A stretch of DNA of 64,000 bases from Selaginella moellendorffii (taxonomy: Eukaryota; Plantae; Lycopodiophyta), in the NCBI RefSeq assembly GCF_000143415.4, contig NW_003314265.1:634405-698404 (forward strand), given 5' to 3'. Below are positions 11,425 to 23,649 of this stretch, piece by piece. The notes beneath the pieces are model-generated. The model saw only the letters and a list, made by a program, of their open reading frames with translations. It did not search any database and had not been told where the DNA came from. How positions within the stretch are numbered: position 1 is the stretch's first letter; every line of letters begins with the position of its first letter. Made by a program: the position numbers and the translations under genes.

Positions 11425-14400
11425 ACTCCACCACCTATAGACCAAGTTTGATGTCCTCATCAAACGGTAAACCCTTTTCGTAAAGTAACACTCGCACATT
11501 TTACCATTTTCATCCTTGGCACCTAGCCAATATTTGTCTATGGTTTGACACCAAAGGTTTACCATGCCTTGTCCATCCTCTAAGGAGCATAGCCTCTCCA
11601 ACTTAAAGGCTCATTCAACCACTTGTGGTGGTTCTCTCCTTTTATTGGTTTAGTTCTCATTAAACCTGTTAGAGACACCTTCTCTAACTCAATCCCACTA
11701 CTCATTCTCGAGTGGTTTCACTTTCCATCGATATAACCCTTGCACTTTGGAACTTTTAATTCTGACTTCTCGAAGTCAATTTCTTGGATGTCTTCGACAC
11801 CTTGCATTACACATATTGTGCAACTCCACTTCCCCATCCTAGGAAGTTCTCTACTTGAGGACAACATCATCCTCTCTTCGATTTTGTGCCACCTTTGGCA
11901 CTAAGTTCCAGTTATCATAATTTGTGCTAGGGCTGTCTACGTCCCTATCATTTGGCTACCTTACCGCTCCCACCCTTAGAGCTTCCACTTTCGCCACATT
12001 AGAGCAATTGGGAATCCATCCTTGGGAATACATTGCCTTTCCCACAATCCATTAGCACCCAACACCTTAGTGTGTTTGGCCTAATTTTGCCATTTGGATT
12101 CTTTCCCATGATTCCCATGGCTCTTTACTTAGCCATTAGTCTTTTGCTCTTATCCTTGATTGTTGCACCTAGCAACATATGATTGCTACCTCCATTTTCG
12201 AGGTATTCTTTTGGTTCCATAGCAAAGACTTTCCTTTGCCAAGTCTGGAAGGTGTTCACCCCTAGTATGTCTCTTTAGCATCTTCTGTTGTGGGCTCTAT
12301 CCACAGCCCAACTTTATGACCTTCCTATGGGTCTCTTATAAAGACTACTTTCCTCGGACTCACTATGCCATTGTATTGACATATCTCATTTCCCTAAGGT
12401 GTTCTTCTCACTTGGTCACCTTAACCAAGCCACACCATCATCAATAGTTCAAACCAACACTTTGAACTAGGAATTTTATCCCTTAACCTCACAAGGACTT
12501 TGTCCTTGTTTTGGCCATAAGATCACCTAGTGATCTAATCTTGGCACCTTAACAGATTTGCCAATAGGTACTAGGTCTTCCAAACCTTTAAGTTGTTGAC
12601 CATGACCCCGAGGGCATCCCCCACACCCAAGCCAGCCCTTCCGGCTAAGGGTCCATCGCAACTAAGACTGAGTGTCCCCATCTCATTCACCACGTCCTTG
12701 GTGCCCCTCGCACCAAAGTGTTCAAATTAGATATTCCAAGCCACACTAAGCAATCTAACCATGCATCACAACTCCAAGGCATCCCTCGCTTGGTGGTGTG
12801 CCCAAATCAGTCTCCTCACTAAGAGTCCATGACCACCGAAAAATGAATGTCCTCATATTCCAAACCATCACCACATCTTAGTGATTTGGGACTTGAACCC
12901 AAGCATTAGAGGGTCGGGACTCGAACCCAACCTCCGTATATGCATCTACGGATGGCATCGCATAGGATGCCTGGCGTGACTCCCCACGCCGATGCACCAA
13001 CTTATACTTAAAGTGCGCTATAGATCACAGCTTAGGAACCTAATTCCTCCACACTGCCAAGTCCTCTCGCTTGACAAGTCTGTGATCATGCATGAACTTC
13101 TCCATGCTTGGCCCCATGGGCCACCCCTTTTGAAGTTAGCACCTTCAACTAGGGGATTTGTTCCCCTGACTCACCGATCTCACTTAGCAAGTCATCCGGC
13201 CACCGTAACATGGTTCATGCATAAGCGTGAAAGTTCTTAACCATCAACTTTTGTTCAAAGCCCTCTCTTTGAACACTCGGGAACTACTTCCCAAACCTTG
13301 ATAGCCTCACCTCATGGCCAGCTTCAAGACCACGCTTTTGCTGCGCCATTTTGATTTCACGCGCTCTAGGAACCATTTACATTTGGCTTTCTAGGTACTT
13401 ATCTACCTAAAATTGTCTTTGGGAACCTTCAAAAAACTTTGTTCCTTAGCTTGCTAAAGCTCCTCCTTTGCAAGCTCCCTACTCACCATATGGTTTAATA
13501 TGGATAATTCCACATTTTAGACTCTCCATGGCATCACAGTTGTTAATAATAACATCTTTGAGCACCCTGTTGATTCTCCACTCCCAACTTGCATAACCAC
13601 TGCTGGTTATGCCCTTCAATTTCTATAGTTCAGTTTCATCCCAATACTACTTGCCTTTTCGCTTCATATGTTTCCTTTAGTTATTCTCTTCCAAACTAGG
13701 AGGATAGCTTTTCACATTTTACTATGCCTTAGCAAGTATTCATAGGGATGAACCTACCCGATAATTTAGGGAGTGGTTCCTCAATTTGGACATGCTCACC
13801 TTATAATCCCATACACCGGGATTACCGTTGCTACTTATGGGCCTCAATATGCCTATCACTAGCCTTGCCAAAATCCCATTTTTGGCTTTGTCCAAATCGG
13901 GTAGACAGATTCCTCCCATCTCCACAACCTTGGACGTTTGGATGGCATCTCCTATCCATGATTCGCTAGGGATTTAATCCCTTGGGCCTTATCTATTGCC
14001 CTCGCGACACTAAACACCACCTCCTGGTATTCTAGAGTGTTTGGGTGTCCCAATGATGGTCTCCTTGACAATGAGCATTTTCTTTTTCGACATTAACTCC
14101 CTATATCACAACATAAGCAATTTACCCCCGTAAGGGTATATCTAACTTCTTTATGCCATTAAGAAGTCTTGGGTAGCTACCTTCTACCCATTTAACCAAT
14201 TATCTTGCACCTTTTGCTTAGTTGCCCCATAGTTGTTAAGTCTTACAACTCATTGCTTGGTGCTTCCACACCTCCATCATTATCTAGGTCACCACATGCT
14301 TTCCAACTTAGGATATGCCATTCCTTTGGCAAGGGGTTCCCATAAACCCATCACATAACCTCAAGGTATCTCACTTTGGCATATTTGGTGTCTCCACATC

Positions 14401-15446
14401 AACGGCTCCATAAGCTTACCTCTATGACACTTCTTACTTGTGTCTAGGTCTTTGCCAAGACCAAAACAGTCATTTTTCATGCCAACTATCAGTTAGCATT
14501 GCACCATAGTGTTCACACACCAACTCTATGCCAAAGTTGCTTTCTTTTTTGAGGAACACCTTTCCCACGACTTTAGCATGGCATATTCTGCCATCAATGA
14601 GATACCCTCTATTCTCATGCTTAGATCCTATGATCCCCCTCATCCTTCGTGGGGTACAATACATCTCAGTCCAAATGCTTCCATCAATCCTTTAGGATTA
14701 TTCCTTAACTCTATTTGAGTTATCTAGCTTTTTGGACTTTGTCATCCGACGACCCCTAAGGTTCTACCTTTGAGGTGCCAGCTCACTAGAATACAACTTC
14801 TTGTATTCAGGTCCTACTCACAAGGACCATCTTTGCAAGTATTACTTCGACACTTGATTTGATTCTCTTGGGGCAACCTTTTGCCCCTTAAGACCACTTG
14901 TCCATGTGATGAGAATACCAACTCATCCTCTAAGTACACCCCCCACTCCTTGGGTTGTTCCAGCATTTATTAGAGGTAGCTCCGACTACCATTTCAAGGA
15001 CTTGTGTCCTCTTCCGTAATGGACCTCCCACGGTCATCAATTCCGGTCTCAAATTCATGAGCACCAGCCTCAACTATATGAGGGTAATCTTGTGACTCCA
15101 TTATCGTCTTGGAGTTTGCATCTTTCCCGTAATCCCAAATATAATTGTTTACCAGACCTACATTAGCCTGTTTGCTGCTTCAAACGCTCATCTAAATCAC
15201 ATCCTCAACTCTCTAAGGAAACCCTCATACTATTCCTAAAATCCCAAAGTCGTTCCCTTACTGGCCCTTTTCCATCCACCATATCGTGCACAAGTTCACG
15301 CATGAACTCGAGTGGAGAGCCATGTCCTCTCAACATGCTACTCCTCGAGGATAGGTCCATACCTAGGATTGTCCAATTCCAATACAAGTGGTGATATACT
15401 TGGCCACCAATAAAAGTCGGACTAAGGAACAACTCTGATACCAAGT

Positions 15447-17195
15447 TGTAAATGACTAATTTTTTCCATTCTACTTTAGTCACTTAACCACACCTCTGAC
15501 CACTTGGAAGAGTCTCATTCACAACCTCCATAAGTCCCACTCAGGACTTGGGGCTTACTAGCCCCGAGAATGGCATCCATGCCACCCAACCTTTGCACTT
15601 GATCCAAGTGCTCCACGTGTCTGGTCCCATAACCGACACCCCAAGGCACCACCAACATACCAGCCCGTTACGCTAGGCCATGCCCAATCACCTTGGTCAC
15701 ATCGGTGGTCCAACACCACCTGCATTGCAATCCCGTCCCTCCAAGACTGGGCCATCCGTCCATGAGTGGTCATCCCAAATCCACTCCTTAGCATCCTTAG
15801 GATGCCTGCAGACATGGGGAATAACTTTCCCCAATATCTCCTTTTTGGTCCCCACCAAGTCCCTTTCTGTCCTTGGCCGTGTTCACTAACTACCACTGAA
15901 TCAAAGCCCATGGGCCCGACCACTAAGTCCCACTGTCCTCTAGGACTTCCTCACTGTGTGACTATGTCCTTGGTCACCACACCAAAGGGCTACTCCTCTT
16001 CCTTTCCACAGTCTGGGACTTTGGGACAACATTTCAGAACACCATGGCCCTACACAACCCTCATGGGTACTCTCCCCGCCTTCCATCTTTAGGTGCTCTA
16101 GCCATGGGCTTAGAGCGAGGTTCCGTTGAGCCACGCCAGGTATCCAAGTAGGTAGTGCCACCCACACTTGGACTGAGAGCATCGGCCAGTCGATCTCTCA
16201 AGGGAACTAGAGCTGGCTCTTGAACACTTCACCAAGCTACCCCACTTGTCAGTCCATGTTCACTTTAGTCTTGGACTTCCCAGTAGGCAGCTCATCACCC
16301 AACACTGGGTACAGCCTTTCTGGGCCAAACTGGCCTTTCCTGGCCAAACTGGCTCCACTGCAGTCCTCCCTCTACTATACTTTTGGAGCTCACCAAACCC
16401 CCCAGGGTCTGGGAGACGAATGCTTTGGGCTTTCACCCTCTCAGACTCAAACTCAGACTCGGACTCGGGCTCGAGCTCGGGCTCGGTCTCGGTCCCGATC
16501 TCGGTCTCGGTCTCAGTCTCAGTCTCGGTCTTGGTCCCGGTCTCGGTCTCGGTCTCGGTCTCGGTCCCGGTCTCAGTCTCGACCTCGGACTCCATCTCGG
16601 GTCCTTCTCGGACTCCACCTTGGATTCCATCTCGGACTCCATCTCGGACTCCATCTCGGGTCCATCTCGAACTCCATCTTGGATTCCATCTAAGGTACAT
16701 CTCGGACTCCATCTTAGACTCCATCTCGAACTCCATCTCGGGTCCATCTCGGACTCTATCTCGGACTCCATCTAGGACTCCATCTCGGGTCCATCTTGGA
16801 CTCCATCTCAAGTCCATCTTGGACTCCATCTCGGACTCCATCTCGAGTCCATCTCGGACTCCATCTCGGGTCCACCTCGAACTCCAGCTCGGGTCCACCT
16901 CGGACTCCACCTCTTACTTCACTTCAGACTCCAACTCGGGTCCATCTTGGACTCCATCTCAGACACCTCCACGTGTCATGTATTGGTCATTTTGGGTCCC
17001 TTTTTGGAGCCTCGCTTATTGCTCGTTTCGTGCTCGTTCCTCGAGCACTTTGTTGGGAGTTCCACTCCCGCTCTCGACCTTTCAAGTCAGAGCTTTTAGT
17101 CCAAATGTGTTACGTTCGTTTGGCTTTCGCTTCGGCCACTACCACGTGGTGCCCTTCTGGCTCCACTTTGGGGCCTAGGGATTTTGTGTCTCACA
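15447..17195 (-). repeat. 5' LTR of family D element, with the same minisatellite (about 16440-16965)
   Basis: TG...CA termini; adjacent PBS. Confidence 0.9.
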
Positions 17196-17939
17196 CCATG
17201 TTGACAAAGTGCGGTGAAGCAGACCGAACAATGCTTGTCTGAGTGAATTGACATAGTGGGATTTCTCGAATCATGTCTCCCGGGCCTTCCCACTTGAGAA
17301 ACTCTAGAGTCCTGTGAATGGCCTTCTCTTTGGTTCTCAAAACAATCTCTTGGAAGCGCTTGTCTACAATGTGTTTAGGTAGCTCCACTTCTCTTTCAGC
17401 TTTAGCTACACCTCCACTAGCACCATTATCAAATCTAGCCCCTAGCTCGGGCCCAACACCCCTATCAAGTGCACTTGGGCACTACTTCGTGATGTAGCTA
17501 ATTTCCGCTATATTTTGCGAATATGTTAAGAGTAGTGGCATTTGTGGTTGTGGCAGCAATGGTAGTGATGACAATGGTTGCAATGGCACTGCTGGTGGTG
17601 ATGATGGTGGTAGTGGTGGTGGTAATAATGGCGATGACAGCAGTGGTGGTAATGGTGGTGATGAAGGTAGAGGTGGCAATGGTGGTGAAGGTGGTGGCGG
17701 TGGTAATGGTGGTCGTGGCAAAAATGGGGGTGCATGTGGACTGGAGCTATTTGGTTGCGAAGACAGCAGAGTTGTTACTGTGGAAATCTCTATTTGAAGG
17801 TCAACTTGATTGTTGTCTTGGATCTCATCTTTCTCATGTCTTCTCTTTGATCCAACATCCTTCTCCTTTTGTAGTTGCTTCCATTTCTGAAAATTTAAAA
17901 AAAATTCATTATAAATTAAAAATGCATAAGAAGCAGGAA

Positions 17940-18745
17940 CTTTGGGGCGGGGAATTGGCGTAGGCGCCAGTTCACCAGCGAACCGGCCCACCCCCAAGCA
18001 CCTTGGCCGGCCCCCAAGTGCCTTGGCCAGCCCCCAAGCACCTTTGCCGCCCCCAAGCACCTTGGCCGCCCCCAAGTGCCGTGGCCGGCCTGCCCACCAA
18101 GTCCAAGTGCCTGCGCAGAGTGCCCAGCCCGGGCACTTGGTGTGGGGACTTGGTGCAAGTGCCAGTTCATTGGCGAACCAGCCCGCCCCCAAGTGCCTTG
18201 GCCGGCCCACACCAAGTGCCCAGCCCGGGCAGTTGGACTTGGTGGTTAAGGGTGGGCCGGTTCGCCAGCAAACCAGCCCGCCCCCAACTGCCTTGGCCGG
18301 CTCCCGCCAAATGCCCAGTGTGGGCACTTGGCACGGGGCCTTGGCGCGGGTGCTGGTTCACCGGCGTACCGGCCCACGCAAAAGTGCCGTGGCCGGCCCG
18401 CCTGCCAAGTCCAACTGCCCCGCGCGGAGGGCCCAGCCTGGGCACTTTGCGTGGGGACTTGGCGCGAGCGCCGGTTCGCCGGTGTACCGGCCCGCCCCCA
18501 AGCGCCGTGGCTGGCCTGCGCCAAGTGCCCAACCTGGGCACTTTGCGCGGGCACTTGGCTCGGGTGCCGATTTGCTGGTGTACCAGCCCACCATGGCCAG
18601 CCCGGGCGGAGTTCCCAGCCAAATGCCTGGCCTGGGCACATGGCAGCAGCGGCGTTGGGCACAGCGGCAGCAGCGCCGGGAATGGCAGCAGCAGCACCGG
18701 GCATGGCGTGGCATGGGCGCAGCAGTGCTGGGCGTAGCGTGGGAG
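17940..18745. repeat. GC/CpG-rich array of short palindromic motifs (CCAAGYRCC / GGCACTTGG; 19-bp unit GCCCCCAAGCACCTTGGCC)
   Basis: About 20 motif copies in both orientations, lying between the divergent MTase and transposase genes. Followed by telo-box and CCCTAA motifs at 18836-18873. Confidence 0.8.
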
Positions 18746-19640
18746 TGGAGGAGTAAAAAACTTACTCTTGGCAGCATTCTGTTTGACGCCGATGGATCCC
18801 GCAATCACTCCCAATCTCCCACTCTACTTTCTGTAAAACCCTAATGCCAGTGGCTGCCCTAACCCTAACCTAACTTTCATCACAGCTGTTCATCATGGAT
18901 GCAGTAAATCTTCATTACATTCTACAAATATTTGCTAGCAATGTACAATTTCTATTCCGTCCTAGATTTGATCACGTGACAAAGTCCTTTTGAGTTGTAA
19001 TTTATTAATAGAGGTGTGCTCTAATATGACTATGCCATAATGTGGAAATAATGTCACAGACGCATGTGTTGAATTGATCACAGTATGAAATTATAAATGA
19101 AAATTATGTGTTTCTTGCAAGTCATAGCATCCTTTCAGAAAATATAAGATTATTAAATCGTAAGATGTTATTTCCAAAGCAATGTGTATAGATAATTTAC
19201 TATAGCTGATAGATGGTAGTACAAAGATGGAATATATTTAAATGAGTTTAGAAGAATGTGATGATTTCTGGCTTTAATGAAGTACTGAAAATATGTATAA
19301 TATTTAATTTGTTTGGAAACAATTGGTTGATGGTAGATCCTAGAATAAAACCATTCCTATCTTTCATATTATGGTATATGCTTGAGGTGATATTTCTTTC
19401 CATTCTACCAAAATTTAGTCTATATAATAAATTTGAGCATGTTTTTGAATTCAATGTATACAGACTTTTAATATTGTACAACATAGTCCTATATCTTCAT
19501 ACAGAATTTATTATAACAACATTATTCGATATTAGATCCTAGAATAAAATCGCCCTTTTTTTTCACATAATGGCATAGCACATATTTGAGGTGACATTTC
19601 TTTATAAAAGTTCAGAATTCTAAAACCTAAAGACAACAAA

Positions 19641-22542
19641 ATGGAGAGTTTCCTTTTGTATTACCAAGATCACCCACCACTTTCTTTCTCCCAAAGTCTT
19701 ATTTCATAAAGTTTTCTTTGCTAATGTTTCGATCTTTCTGTTGGTTCTATGTCATTGGAGGCTATGATTCATAACAACATTGGTGTAGTTGAACGCTCGG
19801 AGGTGTAGGTGAAGGTGGACAACATTGGGATTTGCAACATTCCAAGTTGAAGGAGATTCAATTTTTTGGATCTTTAATCAAAGTGCGAGACTACAATCCT
19901 GCCAAAGTGAATGTGAAGCAAGAGTCAATCGTCATCATTTCTTCCTCTTCTAGTTCTAGTAGTCCAATGTGGGCCAAGAATTTCCAAACTCCAACTTCAC
20001 CGATATTCAAAGCTGTTTGCAACGCTTTCTAGTTTTCCCGCCTCTCTATCGACGTGCGTTCCTTTCTGCATAGGCCCGTTAGCGAGTTCCCATATACATA
20101 CAATGGCAATATCTTCTTTGAACTACCACCTCTTGTCAGCTCAAAATGAAAAGGGATGGAGATGAAGCAAGACGTCCACAATTGGTGCAAGATCAAGACT
20201 ACACATTTCCAGCATTTCGAAGGCACAGTGTCTATAGTTCATTGTGGTGGGTATTTAGATTGTGTGAATAAAACATGCAATCGAGAGCACGGTAAAAACT
20301 CCACATTTTTTGAAGGATCTGCTACCAATCCTTCCATTTATGACACCATTGGTGTTGAATTCAAGTGTTGGTTTTGCAAGAATGCTCCATTGTGTCGTGC
20401 CATCTACAGGGCTAAAATGTACTATTTTCTTCCATGGGATGGAGAGGTTGGTAGAGCTGTAGTACATATTGGCACGCACACACATCCAATGCAGGAAGGG
20501 ATACAAAGAAGTTCAGTCAACTGTTTCAAAGATGCAGTGCAAATAAAGACTATGAGAAACTCATGTGCAACTCCAAAGCATGTTCAAAAGACAGTGCTCA
20601 AGGATTTTATCGCAAGCACTTTACTTGATCCAGACTGCAAGAATACTCAACTGGATGAGGCTAGCTTGTGGGAATTACTATGACACATGCAACCTGCAAC
20701 TAGCTTCAGGAGGTATGAAAATATTGTTACATATTTTTTAATAATATTTCTCTTATATTTTGTTTTATTTAGGATAAAGTCTTGGATGTGTGAATCTCGA
20801 GAGGGGAAACTCCAATCAAAAACCGACTCAATCCTTGAACTAAAACAAACTTGTCCCTACAAATTTATCTATGGGAGTTTATTTCCAGATCAAGTCGTTA
20901 GTGAGTAAGAGCGCCCCTTTGTTTTCAAAATGTCTACCATAGGCCCTGCATTTGGTGTAGATCTTGTTTCCCGAATGGATATGTTTAGGTGGAGAGACAT
21001 ATTGACTTGGATGGGGTTGGGGCTAATTGGAATGGTGTCCGGGCAGTCTTTGGGAATGGTCAACCCCTAAAAGGTCATGAGAGGACATTGGGCTTAGAGC
21101 CTAAACCAACACTACCACTTTATTAAGCCAAATTTCCAATTAACATTTAAAGAGTTGTGCAAACAATAGCAGGCTACACCTTCTGAAGAAGAGCATGAAG
21201 CAAAAGCAAATGAGATCCAAATGTGGTGGTGTAAAGATGGCCATATTGACCTAAGTTGTTTACCACAACTTGAGTCGTGGTTGGGGTGGTGGGAAGTTAG
21301 AATGTTCTAATAGAGACATCACTCTTTTCAGGTTGGTTTCTATTTTTTCTTCTCATTTTATTACCTTTTAATATTGCATTTTCCATTAGGATCAACCACT
21401 TAAGAATCTCGCATACATCCCAACTGTGAATCTCTCAAAGAGTAAACATTGGAGCTAGCATTCCTCTGAGGCAGGGAAAAGGAAGATGAGTCTATATGAA
21501 GCATGTCTATCAAATTTGATACACACTGTAGAGTAGTCTTCAAAAGCCTTGGCATTTGAGGAAGGAAGATACATGGGAACAGAATCTTCGGTTGAGATGT
21601 TACACAATCGGATGAAGAAGAAAGTGACTCCACCAACACGAACAATGGCAATTGCAGTGGAGGAAGTGGTCCTTGGCACATCTATGGAGTACACTCCCCG
21701 GGCTTCTATTGATGATATGAAGATCATCCACTTAAAGCGTCATTTTTCCTTTGCTGGTGAAGATGTTGGCATGGATCTTGGAGCAAAAAGCTCTAACAGG
21801 CCTAATGTTAAGTATCATTCTACTCCAAGACATCGCCCCTAAACCAAGCCACCTCAAGTGGCTGATGAAGAAAGTGCATCACATTAAGTTGAAATTGCTT
21901 ATCGTAGTGTGGAGTTGAAGCAATGGGCAATCCGTCGAGTGCTAGCAAAATCAAATGTAAGGTGTGTGGGGATGCTTCCAAGGGGCAAGTGTTGGGCTTG
22001 GATCCGTGGTGACAAGTCTACTTCTGTTCCAGCCCCATGTTCCATGGGGAATGAAAGCAAGCAAGATTTTCAAGATGGTGTTGGCTATATTGCTACAACA
22101 CTAATGTCAACCATACAAAGCGGCTTGAAGACACTATAATGACTAAACTTGATGTGGTACATAAAGAATGGCCGGTTGCTAATGGGGTTGTGCTCAACTC
22201 GGATGAGATTGAAAACCTTGAGAAATCTGGTTTTAATCTTGAAAGGAGAGTTGGAGACATGAGTGATAAAACTAAGATTGTTCCCACAAAGATGCATAGG
22301 AGGCCAGCTAGAAAAGGTAAGGTAGTTAAATTTATTGATACCATCTCCAAGTAGAAGCAAGGTAAAATAAATTTAGCTCAAACACTTGAGTGTGAGGTTC
22401 TCTCCATGAGGCATATGCTCTTTGCAAGCATATGTACTACATCTTCATCAATATCTTGCACTAGGATCTTAAAGTGGATATTTATATACACCAAACAAGC
22501 CTTACTATTGCCGAGTTACAGAAAACTTTTGGAGCTAATTAG
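19641..22542 (+). pseudogene. GCM-domain Mutator-like (MULE) transposase with C-terminal SWIM relic; internal deletions and stops
   Basis: GCM/WRKY-fold signature CGGYLDCVNKTC..CWFC..HIGTHTHP (20156..20683). FKMSTIGPAFGVDLVSRM. Catalytic-region relic DGVGANWNGVRAVFG..HERT..HW (about 21010-21095). SWLGWW. CKHMYYIF SWIM-type end (about 22423-22446). GT-AG introns at about 20712 and 21332. The start position is approximate. Confidence 0.7.
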
Positions 22543-23649
22543 ATTTTCCAACACTATCGATGTTTATTCTCTATCAATAATATAAACTAAATATAATTAA
22601 AAAAAAAAATTTTTTATTTCACGTTTCATTTCATATACTTGTGAGTGTTCTTTTTGCAATACTGCCCATAGTATTCATGAGTCTCCATTTTTGTCTTTAC
22701 CATCTCAAAAACTATTTTATGGTAGTCTTTCAGATGCATGATGTTACAATGTGATGTGAGAGCATATGTACCATCATAGTTTTTTTTTTTCCTTTCAAAT
22801 GGTTATATGTCCTTATATAGAATCTTAATTCAAATTTTAATAATTTTAAAATTCTAACAAACCTGACATTTACCAGCCAGAAAGCATAGAGTACAAATTT
22901 AAAAAAGTGATAAGAATACTCTTTTTGCAAACATTTTATTTTATGTTCTAACAAACATCCCTATCATTGCATGTAGTAAATATTTAAATTATTAGAACAA
23001 GAAGTGTCCTTTAAAACATTTTTATCTATATAATATATAGAGAGTTATGAAATTATTAGGTTCGCCATAACCTTAAAATTTTAAAGTTTATAATGTTTGT
23101 ACTAAATTACAATTGAAAATTAAGCTCAACTCTTCAGCTCCTGAGCTCAAGTATGGTCCACATTTTGTATGAGAGATACGAGCGTGTTTCGACCATGAGT
23201 TGAAGAATGTTCACACCTCATTCAGATTTATAAATTAGAGTCACATTGTGATCAAGTATTGTTTAGGCACTGGAGGTATATTAGTGGTGGAGCAGTCCAT
23301 GGCATTTTTTGTATGTTGCAGAGCATAGAAAGTGGCTTTATGTTTCAAAATGAAGTCACTTAAGTTTCACATTGTAAAAATGTGCTCTCAATGTTGTTTT
23401 AGTCCCTATGCAACATTGGGGAATGTACATATATATTCATCAAACTAAAAAACTTGCTTATGTATATAATTTAGGCTTTTTTAATGTCATATTTTTGTAA
23501 TTTATGCATTTATAAATACATTTTTCTAAACTATAAAAAGTTTCATTAAATATATAATAATTAAGAAATTATTAATTTTTAAATATAGAGAAATATCCTA
23601 CAATATAATTCCTTAAAAGCAATATATCTAACTATCCTGGAATATATTA

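Larger units (their letters stand above)
9632..17195 (-). mobile_element. LTR retroelement family D, non-autonomous (LARD-like; internal region a heavily decayed gypsy-type relic)
   Basis: LTRs 15447-17195 (5') and 9632-11424 (3'). PBS TGGTATCAGAG (tRNA-iMet) at about 15433-15443. PPT AGGTGGTGGAG next to 11425. TSD CCATG/CTATA. No long internal ORF. Confidence 0.9.
6824..17887 (-). pseudogene. Multi-exon gene: Pro-rich N-terminus, ParB/Srx-like domain, helical/acidic linker, beta-class N4C/N6A DNA methyltransferase-like domain; disrupted by nonsense mutations and an LTR element
   Basis: Removing 9632-17195 and one TSD gives in-frame ..HFVNM|DIYSLYKQ... The motif FYIIDRIHC (about 9395-9420) reverts to the ParB DGxHR motif by two CpG transitions. 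Motif IV-like FFDMLDGLP (about 7486-7512) precedes motif X/I-like RSPSAMHILLELYCPIRGVLIDCTASSGLIVEATRDSGRSVFAIE (about 6895-7030). GT-AG introns at about 9252, 9014, 7736 and 7238. Confidence 0.7.
4010..23160. mobile_element. Putative large Mutator-like (MULE) DNA transposon carrying cargo genes; boundaries tentative
   Basis: Contains a GCM-MULE-SWIM transposase relic, a divergent ParB-MTase gene and orphan ORFs. A degenerate inverted similarity links 4010-4087 and 23071-23160 (core gagttgagctcaatt / aattaagctcaactc). No TSD identified. Confidence 0.4.

Noticed and set aside
17523-17963. His-rich and Val/Met-rich ORFs
   Set aside because: Alternative frames and antisense of the Pro-rich exon of the ParB-MTase gene.
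17916-18844. Six-frame ORFs up to 300 aa in the GC island
   Set aside because: Open in many frames on both strands because of GC-rich repeats; no domain signal.
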